Shown here in pieces: positions 20,601 to 32,571 of a stretch of 45,501 nt of DNA. Source of the stretch: Tubiluchus corallicola (taxonomy: Eukaryota > Animalia > Priapulida). The notes under the pieces were generated by a model, which worked only from the letters and a program-made list of their open reading frames with translations, was not told the DNA's origin and did not search any database. Positions within the stretch are counted from its first letter, which is position 1. Each line of letters starts with the position of its first letter. The stretch covers positions 22,780-68,280 of the forward strand of contig JAQGDQ010001040.1 of assembly GCA_030141605.1 (NCBI GenBank). Direction: 5' to 3'. Both the position numbers and the translations under genes were made by a program.

Positions 20601-23600
20601 AGGAACTACAAAAATTGAAGTACACTCCTTGCACTTTTTTAAGTTTTAGGCTTTTAAGGCTTTTTTAGAGTCTAAAATCAAGAAATTTGCACTACTTTGT
20701 GATTTAATTTTATTAATTTTTGTTTCTGAAAAATGCCTGATACGACATCTCCCAGGCCCCGACCTCATAGCTGGCTCTTGACTCCTGATAAGACACTCCC
20801 AGGCACCGACCTCCTAGCTGGCTCTTGACTCCTGATAGGACATCTCCCAGGCACTGACCTCCTAGCTGGCTCTTGACTCCTAATTCTGGTTTGTGACGAG
20901 GAAGCAACTCTAAAAGACAAACACTTTTTTCAATTTTTTTGTAGGACGAATCAGAGAGCATACTGAAAAGTTGGTTCTCAAATTTGGCCGAACGACAAAT
21001 TCGGGTTGTGTATGACAGTCACAAAAGTAGTGAACCAAAAGGCGGTATGTCAGCGAAATAATGATGTGCCTTTTACTTTTATTGTTGCTTAACAATGTGA
21101 ATGATTCTTGCATTATTGTTAAAAATTTCTCTTTTTCTAGAGACATTCTTGATGACCCTAGAAAAGTAGAAATGTTGCAGGCCAGTATTCAGATAGTAAA
21201 CGTCGTGTTTTAAAATATTTTCTTTTTTTAGTAAAGTGTGTTGTGGAAGTCTTGAAAGATAAGAAAGCAGTTTGAAAAGTTATATTGCTTAGTTACAATA
21301 TTGTGCATACATGATGTGCTTGTTAATAGAAAGTTGCATTTTATTTCATTTAAAAGTCAACCGTAGAAATGCCCTAGCTTGTATAGCATCACATAGGCAT
21401 TCTTTAAACATTGCACATAATGTATAATGGACCAGCTAATCCTACAAGCAGCTGTATAGTTTTTTAAACAAAATTTATTGATTTTCTAATCATTAAAAAC
21501 ATTTGACACATTAAAACATTAAAAAATATTTAAAACATAAACAATCTAAAAACTTAAAAGTTAAAAAAAATGTTCTTTATATATTGTATATCTAAAGTTT
21601 CAAGGAAACACCCAGACTTACCAAGTAGAAATCCGACTAAGTTATAGGTCGCATTGCCAGCTGTCATACATGATTTGGTTTTCCATTAAAATTAACTATA
21701 ATGAACCGTTGCACAAAAAATATGAGTGCATCTCCTAGGCAAATATGCCAACTGCCAAAATTTGGTTTAGCTGTTAAAGTACAATAGCTATTGGGCACAG
21801 TTTTAAAATGTCAGTAAGTAATTAGTACTTCATTATCATAATCTAGATTATAACAGAGTAATATAATTTTTTTGAAATTTGCATTAAACTTTTTTTATCG
21901 TTGAAATAATTTTGATGATAATTTTTTTGTACTCTGTATCTGCAACATGTCCTGCAGTAACACATTGTTATGCCCACTTATTTCATCAGGGTGATAATTT
22001 CCTAAATTTATGTTGTCAAAGAACCAGAACCCTGTAATTTCAGTTTTACCACAAATTTCAGTGAAAGTGAAAGTTTCGTAAAGTTTCACTTAATCCACGT
22101 AACATAAAAATGCTTCTTATTCCAATCAAATGCTGAAAAACTCTTGTGCAAATGTAGCCCTTGATTCTTGGAATTTATAAATTTCTGTGGTTTCTGTCAC
22201 CCCTCTCCACTAGTATGGACAAATGATGAAATCGATTGCAGGGTTTCTTCAACACTGCAGCACCTTTATTCTTCTTCAAAATTTACTTCATCAACTTCGT
22301 TGAAAATGCTTTTCCTATAAAACAAACAATCATTGACATATTTGGATACTACAACAACACAACACCTTTTAAATTTCTGATTGCTCTGAATCCGCTGAGC
22401 TTAGATGCTTGTGTTCAATCTGTATGCAGTGAAAGAAAAGGTTATTATCCAGCATCATCTTTATGACTAAACTGTTTGTGGTGCGTTAGCAGGCAGCTGC
22501 TAACTTGTGGAAATCTGTCTGCAGGTGGTTTTAAGTAGACAATTTATGTTGAAATGCTTTTGTTAGCAGGCTCTTGAAACTCATAATAGCTATAGCTTTA
22601 GGTTTAGTAATAACAAACAAATCAGACTAATGACCTTAGAAGAATATAAATCCAACACAACTTTATTTTAGATGGTGAAATTAGTGTTGTCTTACAAATA
22701 AAGGGAAGGTTTGAATATTTGCAATTAATAACATTTGATAATGTAAACAGGCATCGTGGTATACAAATTAATACATCGAATTTCACCATTTAAATAAATT
22801 TTAATGGTTTCTTGCAATCCCAAAGCTGTTAGTGTCTCTGAGAGGCATTTATGACAAATCTTCAAAAGTCTCAGTTGAATTTCATGCAAACCAATGATCT
22901 TTATTTCTGCAATATTTAAAAACTAAAATAGAAAAGCAAAATCAACTGACATAGGCTAATTTTTTGAAAAGTTACATAGTTTAGTTAGATTGACAGTTAA
23001 TTAATCAATCAAAAATATCAATGAATAAATCAAAATAAAAATTAAATAGAAATAAACTTACATCGTTGCAGCATTTATCTAATGAAAAATTTTGCTAGCT
23101 TGCACAAGACTGTTTGTTCATATTTGCTACAGAACAGCATTTAACTAAATGAATAATAAGAGGAAGTGGCACGTCTGTTTTGTTTTTTGACTAATATTAG
23201 TATTTTTATTTAATTTTAGTTGGTTATGCAAAAAACAAAGCAATTCTGCAAAGTCATGGAGACTTCCTCTGCTTTTTGGATGCGGTACGTAATAAAGAGT
23301 TGATTAACTGTAATTTTAGTTCAGAATACTTTGTAAAGCCACTTTGCTAGTTAACACGTACTACATATTGTTGCCCATTAGTCTGTAATGTGGCAGTGGT
23401 TATTTTCTTACAGTACTGCTTTGTATTGCTGGTCACCTTGGGCAAGCTTGCTGAGATTAAACATTGCATCTATAATTCGTACATATAGATTTGTAAAGTA
23501 CATGCATTGCTTTTATTTGTAATACAAGATACAATTATAACAGCTTAACACTGTAGAAGTGCTACTTACAGAGTAATTAGTGTTAATTATAAATGTATGC

Positions 23601-25296
23601 AAGGTAATTTTGACATAATACATTCATTTAATTTTTTTGTATACACTCAAATCTCGTTATAATATGCCCCCATGTATAATGCAAATCTGAAATACTCCAA
23701 ATTGCTCGTAAGTTTGTATTAAAATGTTTCAGTTCTAGGATGTAATTATAATAACAAAACTAACTATATATATATATATAACTAACATCACTTATCTAAA
23801 TTAAATACTATATGTGTATGCAACTACATTAAATTTCTGTTTATGTACATTTATGTTGTATCATTGGGTTTATACATCAAAGTTTGATGTTCTGTCTTTA
23901 GTTTAAATTATTGAATTTGACTTGTAATATTGTATTCTTAGTATATAATTTTATAGCATTATATATGTATGTAATTATATCTTTGTAATCAGTGTGTGTA
24001 TTATGTGAATTGTAATTGTACTGTAATTATAAAATAAAATATGAAAATACCTAGTTGTTCCTGTCCATTTGAAATATCTTGCAAGTTGTTGTGGTAGTAA
24101 TCTTGTGCTTATTTCACAGGACGATGTGATGCATCCATCTAGAGTGAGAATTCAGTTTGCAGCAGCACAGCAGTTGCCGCAAAACACGTTACTAGGCTGT
24201 GGATTTAATCGCCAGCCAGAGGGGTCAACTTGCAGATACGCAAAGTGGGCAAATTCTCTAACAAGTTCGCAGTTATATACACAAGTAAGTCTGGCCGTAT
24301 AATATAGTATTGTCTAATCTTCGCTTGCATTGCATTACGTTGTCTTGGATACCATTGCATTGTATGTTATTGCGCTATATCATATTACATTAGGTTGTGT
24401 GTTATTGTGTGGTGGTCTGCCGAATAGATACCGTATCTTACGGCTCCTATCGTACCGTGTAGTATTGTATTGTATACTTTTGTACACTACTGTATCATTT
24501 TGCAACTTCGATATTATATTGTACCGTATTGTCGTGTGTTCTCTTGCACTGTTTCACATTTCATTGTACATCGAATTATTATACCTAGCGATTGCAAGGC
24601 TAGCACTGATCTGTACATTGTACACTGTAACGATTTCTCTTGTTTTTCAGGTTTATACATCACATGGTCCAACCATCGTCATGCCAACCTGGTTCTGTTC
24701 GCGGCACGTATTTGATACTCACATGTTTGATGAGACAGGAAAGGTATTTAATGAATTTTCGATATACTCAGTACATTTTTCATTATCAGTATGTTCAGGT
24801 TTCTTCATTTTTCATTTACAAGAAAATTACATCATTTACGCATTCTGTTTGGGATACTCCTACGCGAATAACTCCATAGAGCCATGGCCTCGTTCGTGTA
24901 ATACAAAATTTTGCTATTTTTTCATTGTTTGTTAAAAACAATGCTTATTAAACTCTTGGGAAGATGACATCAACAATGACACTATACTCCATTCTAATTA
25001 TAGGCAGATGCTTTTAATAGTTTAATAATGAAGTTCACAAGGCACAACCTAGTTTTAAATGTAACAGAGGTTAGTTGGCAAATTTGTTACTGAACATGCT
25101 GTAGGGCCAGTTTCATGCTGCTAATTTTGTAATGTTGTCATTTAATACATGATTTTCTGTTTATGTTCCATAAGTACATGCACATCACTATAGAGGACAA
25201 AGCTAAATAGGCAACGACTAATATGAGAGTGAGAGGGTGAAAAAGGAGTGAGGAGATAAAAGAGAAAGAGGGGGACGCAGAGACAAAAAAGAAAGT

Positions 25297-25380
<84 letters not shown>

Positions 25381-28300
25381 GAGAGAAGGAAGAGAGGCAG
25401 AAAGGGACAGAGATTCTATTGCAATAGCATAAAATAAGATTACATATTCTGGCATAAGGACGCAAAAATTGAAATAAGCAAGTAACCCATTGCTTCCTAA
25501 GAAAGGTTGATATAGAAAATAATTAAACTAATTGGTTTTTCGCTTTTCTGTATATACATGTGTTCTTGTCTTTCCGTGTACAAAGTATTTACATTTTTTA
25601 AGAAAATTGATATAGAAAACAATTAAAACAGGCAATTCATCTTGCAGCAAATGAAAAAAAGAGTGAAAATATTCATATTGTTTTATGCTAATAATGATTG
25701 TTGGAAATTTATTATGAACAGATTAACTTTAGCAAATGCAATTATTCTTATAGGGAACACCAGAGGATTTGCTGTTTTTTCTTCGACACGTTCAACTTGG
25801 TAACTTGTTGCACAGAGTGCCGGAGTCTTTGTTAACCTATCGATACCATCCACAAGCCGAGAGTTTTTCAGTGTCGGAGTAGGTTTGTTTTTGTTTTGCT
25901 ATTTGTTAGTTAAATAGAAGCTAGCTAACTCTCTCAAAAAGTTTCAGTTGTGAAGAACCCATCGCTCTGACCTGGCTAACACTATTAGATCAGCTCACCA
26001 ATGCTTAATAATGTACAAACGTCCCACTTATTTATACGGAAATGGCTGTCCAAACGTAATAACTACCGTTCTGTAATTTCTTCATTTTCATTAAGAAATG
26101 AAATTGCAATTACATGTTTCAGTTTTGTCCTATCAAAGTCTTTAAATAAAACTTATACCCTTTGTAGCTTACTTTTTTCTGTGAGTGTGTTTATTTTTTC
26201 TGGGATGCCAAATGGTTACAAAAATCTCCTTAAAACCATGTGGGCAAAATTTTACAAAGGCTGAGTGTTTTTTTTTCTAAATAATTGCCCGCGCAAAGGC
26301 TCTGCCTGCCAGGAAATCAAATCATATGTGTTTTGGATATAAGCACGTGGTGCCTCCTTGTATTTGTTTTTTGCAAATTTAGGCTGCTGATAGACAGGTG
26401 AGCTAGGACAGGAAATAGGCCATTGGCCTCATTTTACAGACAGGATAGGAAAGAAGTCATTCTTGTTCAGTACGTCGTGTCGTTTTATAACAAAATTTTG
26501 TCAGTCGAGTTCTCTTTAGCAAGTTAATAAAATGCGGCAAACATGTAAGTTTGATTTCTTCATATTTCATAATATTGTTACACATTTTCATTATAGCAGT
26601 TAATTATCCTTTTGACATTGGATTAGCAGAAAATGTTTTTATAAAAGCTTCAGATAAAACTAAGTCGAGTCGCTCATAATATGTCAGTCAGTCAGTCAGT
26701 CAAATATGTCATGATGTGATACTGATTTTGGGATGAGATGATGGTTGCCCATTTTGGACAATAAAAAATCATAAATTACATCTAAAGACTGTTGGACTTG
26801 TATTTAGCGCATGTCGCGCACAATATGTGTAATATTCCATATCGAATGAACTTTACCGTAATATGTAATACTTTACTTAACTCAGTCGCAGTCTTTACTC
26901 TTGCTAAGTGTCTTTTTCCGTTTTTTTGAACTGCACAAAAATTGAAAATTAAACCCTACATAAAAGCTTTTATAAGTCATAATGTTATAAGTCATAAAGT
27001 CATAAGACGATGGGAAACGTGAACGATCCTTTATCCATGCATATCTAAAATAGCTTGCAAAATTGTCGAGAAAATAGCTAAATTCAATCATTTATAATAT
27101 GTATGAATCTGTGAATGTAACATATTAATTCTGACCTTTATTTGAAGTCAATTATGACTTGTTAAGATTAAAGTGACACATTAATTAGTCACACTAGCAG
27201 AACTTTGTTTATGTTTTGCACTCTAGCCTCAGTGCTTGAAAAGACTACAGCATTATCATTCTAAAAGCTCCCCGTTCACTGCAGCTCACACTAAGTGGTA
27301 CAGAGAAGTTGTGCAGTAAAAACTGTTCAGCCAATTCAAAAATTTAAAAAGAAATACAGAGCAATGATTCTTAACAAGTACAACACTTCCTAATTTCCCA
27401 CACCTACTTCAGCAGTCGTACCACAATCCTGGTACAGATTATGCAAAACAAGGCATCATTGATAAATCTTTAGAGCTGATGTCAACATAGCTCAATCTAT
27501 TATCTTTCTTCCTATCATTTCCACTAACACATCCTTCTACCCTTCCTGTGTGATCTAACCTTTCTCCCAGTTCTTTTTTTGTTCACTCATCCATTCTTTT
27601 TTTATCGGGTTCACGTGACAGTGGGCTTATACAAGCCTTTGCTTCTCTAGCCCACTGCAGTACAATTATTCTTTTATGATAACGATAGTGTATGAAACAT
27701 AACAATTTAATACAGTAGATGTAATAATTTTGATGTTACTATGTGCTTAATGTTATTATATTGTACTGAATGTGATAATAATAATAATTAGAACAAATAA
27801 GTTAGTTCTGTATTAAAAACCATGTTAACCTTTGATAATTTTTTGATTTAAAGCAACACACTTAAAAATGCGTACTCCTTTACATTACTAGCAGTCATAT
27901 GATTGTAGAATCATCAATTTGTAAAACTGTGAGCACCATTGTAATTTTTATCTTATACATGTAGATTTTTGATGCTAAGAATTGCTTTTTGTGGATTTTT
28001 CACAGGGATACAATATGGGATATCAGAATATCTGCTGTTGAAGAAAATGTTTTGGCAAAGTGGGACAGTTTCACAATCTGGAATGCAGGCAAACAGGGCC
28101 GCAAGTTTTACAGATCTCTAACATCTGAAAACCAGAAAAAGGTTTAGATTTTAGTTTCTGATTTGCTCTAACCACTTGGACATTAGTTTTCATAATTGTC
28201 GTGTACAGTCTACAGTAATCTACAGTATAACTCTAATTCTCGCATATCTCGAACTGATCTCATGAAACGGATTTTCCTTTTCACTTTTCCCTTTACCAAA

Positions 28301-30721
28301 CATCACGTAACTCAAACCGAATTCCTAGTACAATTTATAAGAATATAACTGAAATTTCTCCGCTTATTTCGAACTCGAGCCTCGAATAGCCTCCCAAGCG
28401 AGAAATCTTACCGGAAAGTATGCACCACATTACGATTTTAACTGCTAGTTTCAGCAAAAATGCTAAGATTTCTTGTATTTTGTTAGCAGAATGCTGCACA
28501 CAACGTGACTTAAAGAACATGGTTTAATGTAGATCGCAATATTATTATTGCCGAATTCCATTAACCATGCTACTCAGACTGCAATAGTAGTAGATCGGTC
28601 ATGTTAGTTTTGATTATTTATATAATTTGTTGTTTGATATTTAATTAAAAGCTCAGTTTGCTTGTCATTTTCACAGGCTGTAGTGTATTGTCCGATGTTG
28701 ATGAGTGATTCAATCTTGTTGTCTTAGGAACATCGTCTAACCCGTACTTGCTTTTGCATAACTCGAACAAATTTTCTGGTCCGGAGGTGTTGGAGTTATA
28801 CGTAGTTTACTGTACTTGAGAGAAATAAGAGAATAAGAAAGACTGTAATAAGAGAAAAAAGCTAAAACGTGTTTAGAAATGAAACTTGAAAAATTGCCAG
28901 AACAGCTTTGAACCCGACTTCGCAAGTTTGTTACACTCTGCCAAACTGTTGCCAATAGAGCTTGTGAAAGTTGTCAACTAGCAACCAGTTAATGTCACTC
29001 TAACATTCACTTATGCAATTTAATTCAGCATTAGATCTTTTAAGTAGCCAGCTTTGCAAGTTAAATCATTAATTAAAAAATTTTCTCAGTCCATTTTTGT
29101 GAACTGTAAGATAAAAGCTGTCAATTTTTCTTCATCTTTACTTCATAAAAGTAAAAAACTGTATTTGCCAGATATCGTATGCTCACATTTTCCATACATT
29201 CCGACTTATTTTTTCAGTGGCTTTACAGTAATGTCAGCCTATTCATAAATATTTAAGAAAAACTTCCTACTGATTATCCTCCCTCGTGCCTGCTATCCTG
29301 TATGACTAAATTAAACATAAATAAGTCTACTTAAGTGTTGTTCTAGTTTTAAACACTCGAGCGTATCAGGGTCTATCTGACAAACTCTCTTCCTGCATTT
29401 TGACAGAGAAAAAATAATGCATTATATTTCCGAACCTTCACTTCTTTTGTCTGCACAGGTGATTGCATTCTGTGATGTTGATGAGAAGAAAATAGCAAAA
29501 GGTCATTATGTATACGAAGAATCTCAAGTGAGTCAAGACAGTGGTTTCGTATGAGAATCGCATATAGTATCTTTCTTCGAAAACTGAAAAGTTTTGGTGT
29601 TGGTCAATTTGTGTTATTGTTGCGTGTGAAATGGTTAATGGTGTAGTGTGTTGACACTGTCTTTCAAAATTTCTGATACGATTCTGCAACTCAGAAAAAC
29701 AAATAACGGCATACGAAAAAGGTGCTTCAGATTAAGTGCGTGTAACTTACTGCCAGGTGATCAACTGTGTAGTTGTAATAATTAGGTCGTTGCTATGGTT
29801 ACTAAAATTGTTAGTGATACAGGTTCTGATCTATTTGAGTTCATGGCATTTGGTAAAAAGTACCGAGTTGGTCATGCCACCTAGCAAAAAAACTACCATG
29901 GCAAAATCGCAATGGTAAATGGTATTGTTTTATAGAACGTACTTAAAAACTTTATTTTAAAATGCATACAGTTGTGCACAGAATGTGTTTATTTTCAATA
30001 TAAATGACTTTCCTACATTTAGTTGCCACACACAAGCCATCTGGCACTCTATGTGATTGGCTGCATTTGTGGTATCTGACAGAAGAAACGTAGTTTCCAA
30101 GCTTAACACCAACTTAGGGAAATTTGTTCAAGTAACAGGAAGTCTTAAGTCGGCGTAAAAGACTTTCCTCTTTCAGCTAATCAGAGATTTTCTGGAAAAT
30201 GGTCTAGTGCAACATTGAGCTGCAATTCATCCCATTTATACCAGCTGACACTTTAACCTGAGAAAGCAGCCTTAGTGTTTTCACATTGTTGTGCCTGCAC
30301 CATTGTCACTACATTGTCATTGTTTAATTTTCTGTAGGAAACGACAAAACCCATTGTTCCCATCATCCACTTTACTGATGCAAAGCCGCCATTTATTATT
30401 TGCATGAAACTGGTAAGAAAATGTACTGAAAATAACTTATCAATAACGAATTACCTGCAAATATTTGTGTTTTTCCTTTTTTGCCAATTTCAGCTAATTA
30501 GTAACAAATGTCATGCCAAATGGAAACAATGTTGATGTGAAAACCTATTTAGGATTATTAGTGTTGATATAAAACTGTGCAATTGTTTTGTGCAACTCTC
30601 TCGATTACAAATAATATTTACACTTTGAAAACTTTTACAGGATTTAACGGGTGGAAAGTTTGAGGAGAATTTAGCATCACTTAACCTCAATGAGGGAAAG
30701 GATTACTTCCATTTCAACTGA
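17601..30721 (+). CDS. B3GNTL1: B3GNT-like 1 / queuosine-tRNA galactosyltransferase (QTGAL), GT2 family, 351 aa, 11 coding exons
   Basis: Exons 17601-17630, 19068-19184, 20945-21044, 23220-23284, 24120-24284, 24651-24743, 25754-25878, 28006-28141, 29459-29527, 30338-30412 and 30641-30721 are all GT-AG and in phase (1056 nt). Family motifs include [35 protein letters not shown] (DxD), [43 protein letters not shown] and [13 protein letters not shown]. The 30-nt exon 1 is the least certain. Confidence 0.95.
18075..18641. mobile_element. Possible old hAT-like MITE in B3GNTL1 intron 1
   Basis: Degenerate TIRs CAGACCTGCCAAC / GTTAGCAGCTATG. No matching TSD is visible. Confidence 0.35.
20221..20912. 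mobile_element. hAT-type MITE, copy 2, with an internal triplication of about 50 bp
   Basis: TIRs TGGGGTTGCCACC / GGAAGCAACTCTA. TSD aaagacag / aaagacaa. Colinear with 16010-16618. The unit gacatctcccaggcac.gacctcctagctggctcttgactcctgata occurs three times at about 20744-20881. Confidence 0.85.
25301..25387. repeat. (GA)n microsatellite
   Basis: Directly visible; it explains the SLSLSL ORFs. Confidence 0.97.
27260..27790 (+). mobile_element. 5'-truncated 3' end of a CR1/L2-like LINE
   Basis: An ORF remnant [24 protein letters not shown] resembles CR1/L2 ORF2 C-termini. It is followed by a stem-loop CAGTGGGCT...AGCCCACTG (27619-27657) and a (TAA)n tail at about 27774-27790. Confidence 0.45.
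28223..28812. mobile_element. Degenerate Tc1/pogo (Tigger-like) MITE
   Basis: TA|CAGTATAACTC...GTTTACTG|TA: CAGT-starting ends with TA target duplication and repeated ctcgaac subterminal motifs. Confidence 0.5.
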
Positions 30722-30763
30722 TACATCTAGTAGTTGGCCGTTATGCATTATTGCACAACATTG

Positions 30764-31940
30764 AGATTCGTGTTGAAGTTTACCACTCTGAACTTTTGGT
30801 CTGCAGTAATGGCAAAGATACGTGTTGAAGTTTACCACTCTGTACTTTTGGTCTGCAGTAATGGCAAAGATACGTGTTGAAGTTTACCACTCTGCACTTT
30901 TGGTCTGCAGTAATGGCAAAGATACGTGTTGAAGTTTACCACTCTGAACTATTGGTCTGCAATAATGGCAAAGATACGTGTTGAAGTTTACCACTCTGCA
31001 CTTTTGGTCTGCAGTAATGGCAAAGATACGTGTTGAAGTTTACCACTCTGCACTTTTGGACTGCAGTAATGGCAAAGATACGTGTTGAAGTTTACCACTC
31101 TGCACTATTGGTCTGCAGTAATGGCAAAGATCCGTGTTAAAGTTTACCACTCTGTTCTTTTGGTCTGCAGTAATGACAAAGATACGTGTTGAAGTTTACC
31201 ACGCTGCACTATTGGTCTGCACTAATGACAAAGATACGTGTTGAAGTTTACCACGCTGCACTTTTGGTCTGCAGTAATGACAAAGATTCGTGTTGAAGTT
31301 TACCACGCTGCACTTTTGGTCTGCAGTAATGACAAAGATACGTGTTGAAGTTTACCACGCTGCACTTTTGGTCTGCAGTAATGACAAAGATTCGTGTTGA
31401 AGTTTACCACGCTGCACTATTGGTCTGCAGTAATGGCAAAGATCCGTGTTGAAGTTTACCACTCTGAACTTTTGGAATACAGTAATGGCAAAGATCCGTG
31501 TTGAAGTTTACCACTCTGCACTTGTGGACTGCAGTAATGACAAAGATACGTGTTGAAGTTTACCGCTCTGCACTATTGGACTGCAGAAATGACAAAGATA
31601 CGTGTTGAAGTTTACCGCTCTGCACTATTGGTCTGCAGTAATGACAAAGATACGTGTTGAAGTTTACCACGCTGCACTTTTAGACTGCAGTAATGACAAA
31701 GATTCGTGTTGAAGTTTACCACGCTGCACTTTTGGTCTGCAGTAATGACAAAGATACGTGTTGAAGTTTACCACTCTGAACTTTTGGTCTGCAGTAACTG
31801 CAAATATACGTGTTGAAGGTTTGCAGCTGTGCACTGTTGAACTGCAGTAACTGCAACTATACGTGTTGAAGTTCGCTGCTATGCACTGTTGAACTGCAGT
31901 AACTGCAAATATACGTGTTGAAGGTTTGCACCTGTCCACT
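30764..31940. repeat. 52-bp minisatellite, about 22.5 copies, in the predicted B3GNTL1 3' UTR
   Basis: Unit cgtgttgaagtttaccactctgcacttttggtctgcagtaatggcaaagata starts at 30769, 30821, 30873 ... 31757, 31809, 31862 and 31914. The last three copies are diverged. Confidence 0.97.
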
Positions 31941-32571
31941 ACTGGGCAATTGTAACGACAATTGTGACATGAAGTTTAATTCAGCAGCTAGCTTTATCTA
32001 TGCATTTTTCTTAGGCAGTCACTGGTAAAATTTCAGAACCACAATGCACTATGCTATCAGCAAATTGAATGAATTATACCAGCTAGAGACAAAATTTAAA
32101 TGAAAGTTTAAACAAGACAAAAAAGTGTCAATTAAGTGTCAACTATATTGTAAAATTATAATTATATACATATAATTTATGTATAAATTTCAGTCAAATG
32201 CATATATATTTACAAGGCATTTATTTGTGAATAATTTTATAAAAATGTAAAAAATGAACGATAATAAAAAACTAGATTGTACTGATAATACTGTATTTGG
32301 TTCGGACTTACATCTCATAATCTTTGTTCAGGAGTTACAGCTGTATTCTTCAGTTTCTTCTCTCGGGTCATTAGACCGTTAAGTTAATGAAGACACTGAC
32401 CACTTGACCGTTTGACAGCTGTTGATAGATTTTTGACAGTGATAAGATTTGTGCAACCATTTTAGAAACTTGACACAAAGCTGGTAAAATGGAATTTTGG
32501 CACGTGTTCTGTACCCGAGCAGTCGCACCGATCTTTCAAATGTTTTTTCTCACTTCAACAGTTGCTTAATG

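Noticed and set aside
24330-24935. 201-aa hydrophobic ORF
   Set aside because: It is a degenerate (TATTG)-like low-complexity intron read through into real QTGAL exon 6; only 24651-24743 is coding.
30764-31940. CRISPR-like array, hammerhead array or SECIS reading of the 52-bp repeat
   Set aside because: There are no unique spacers and no cas genes, and the context is eukaryotic. Neither strand has a CUGANGA/GAAA core. The TGA falls at the normal family C-terminus.
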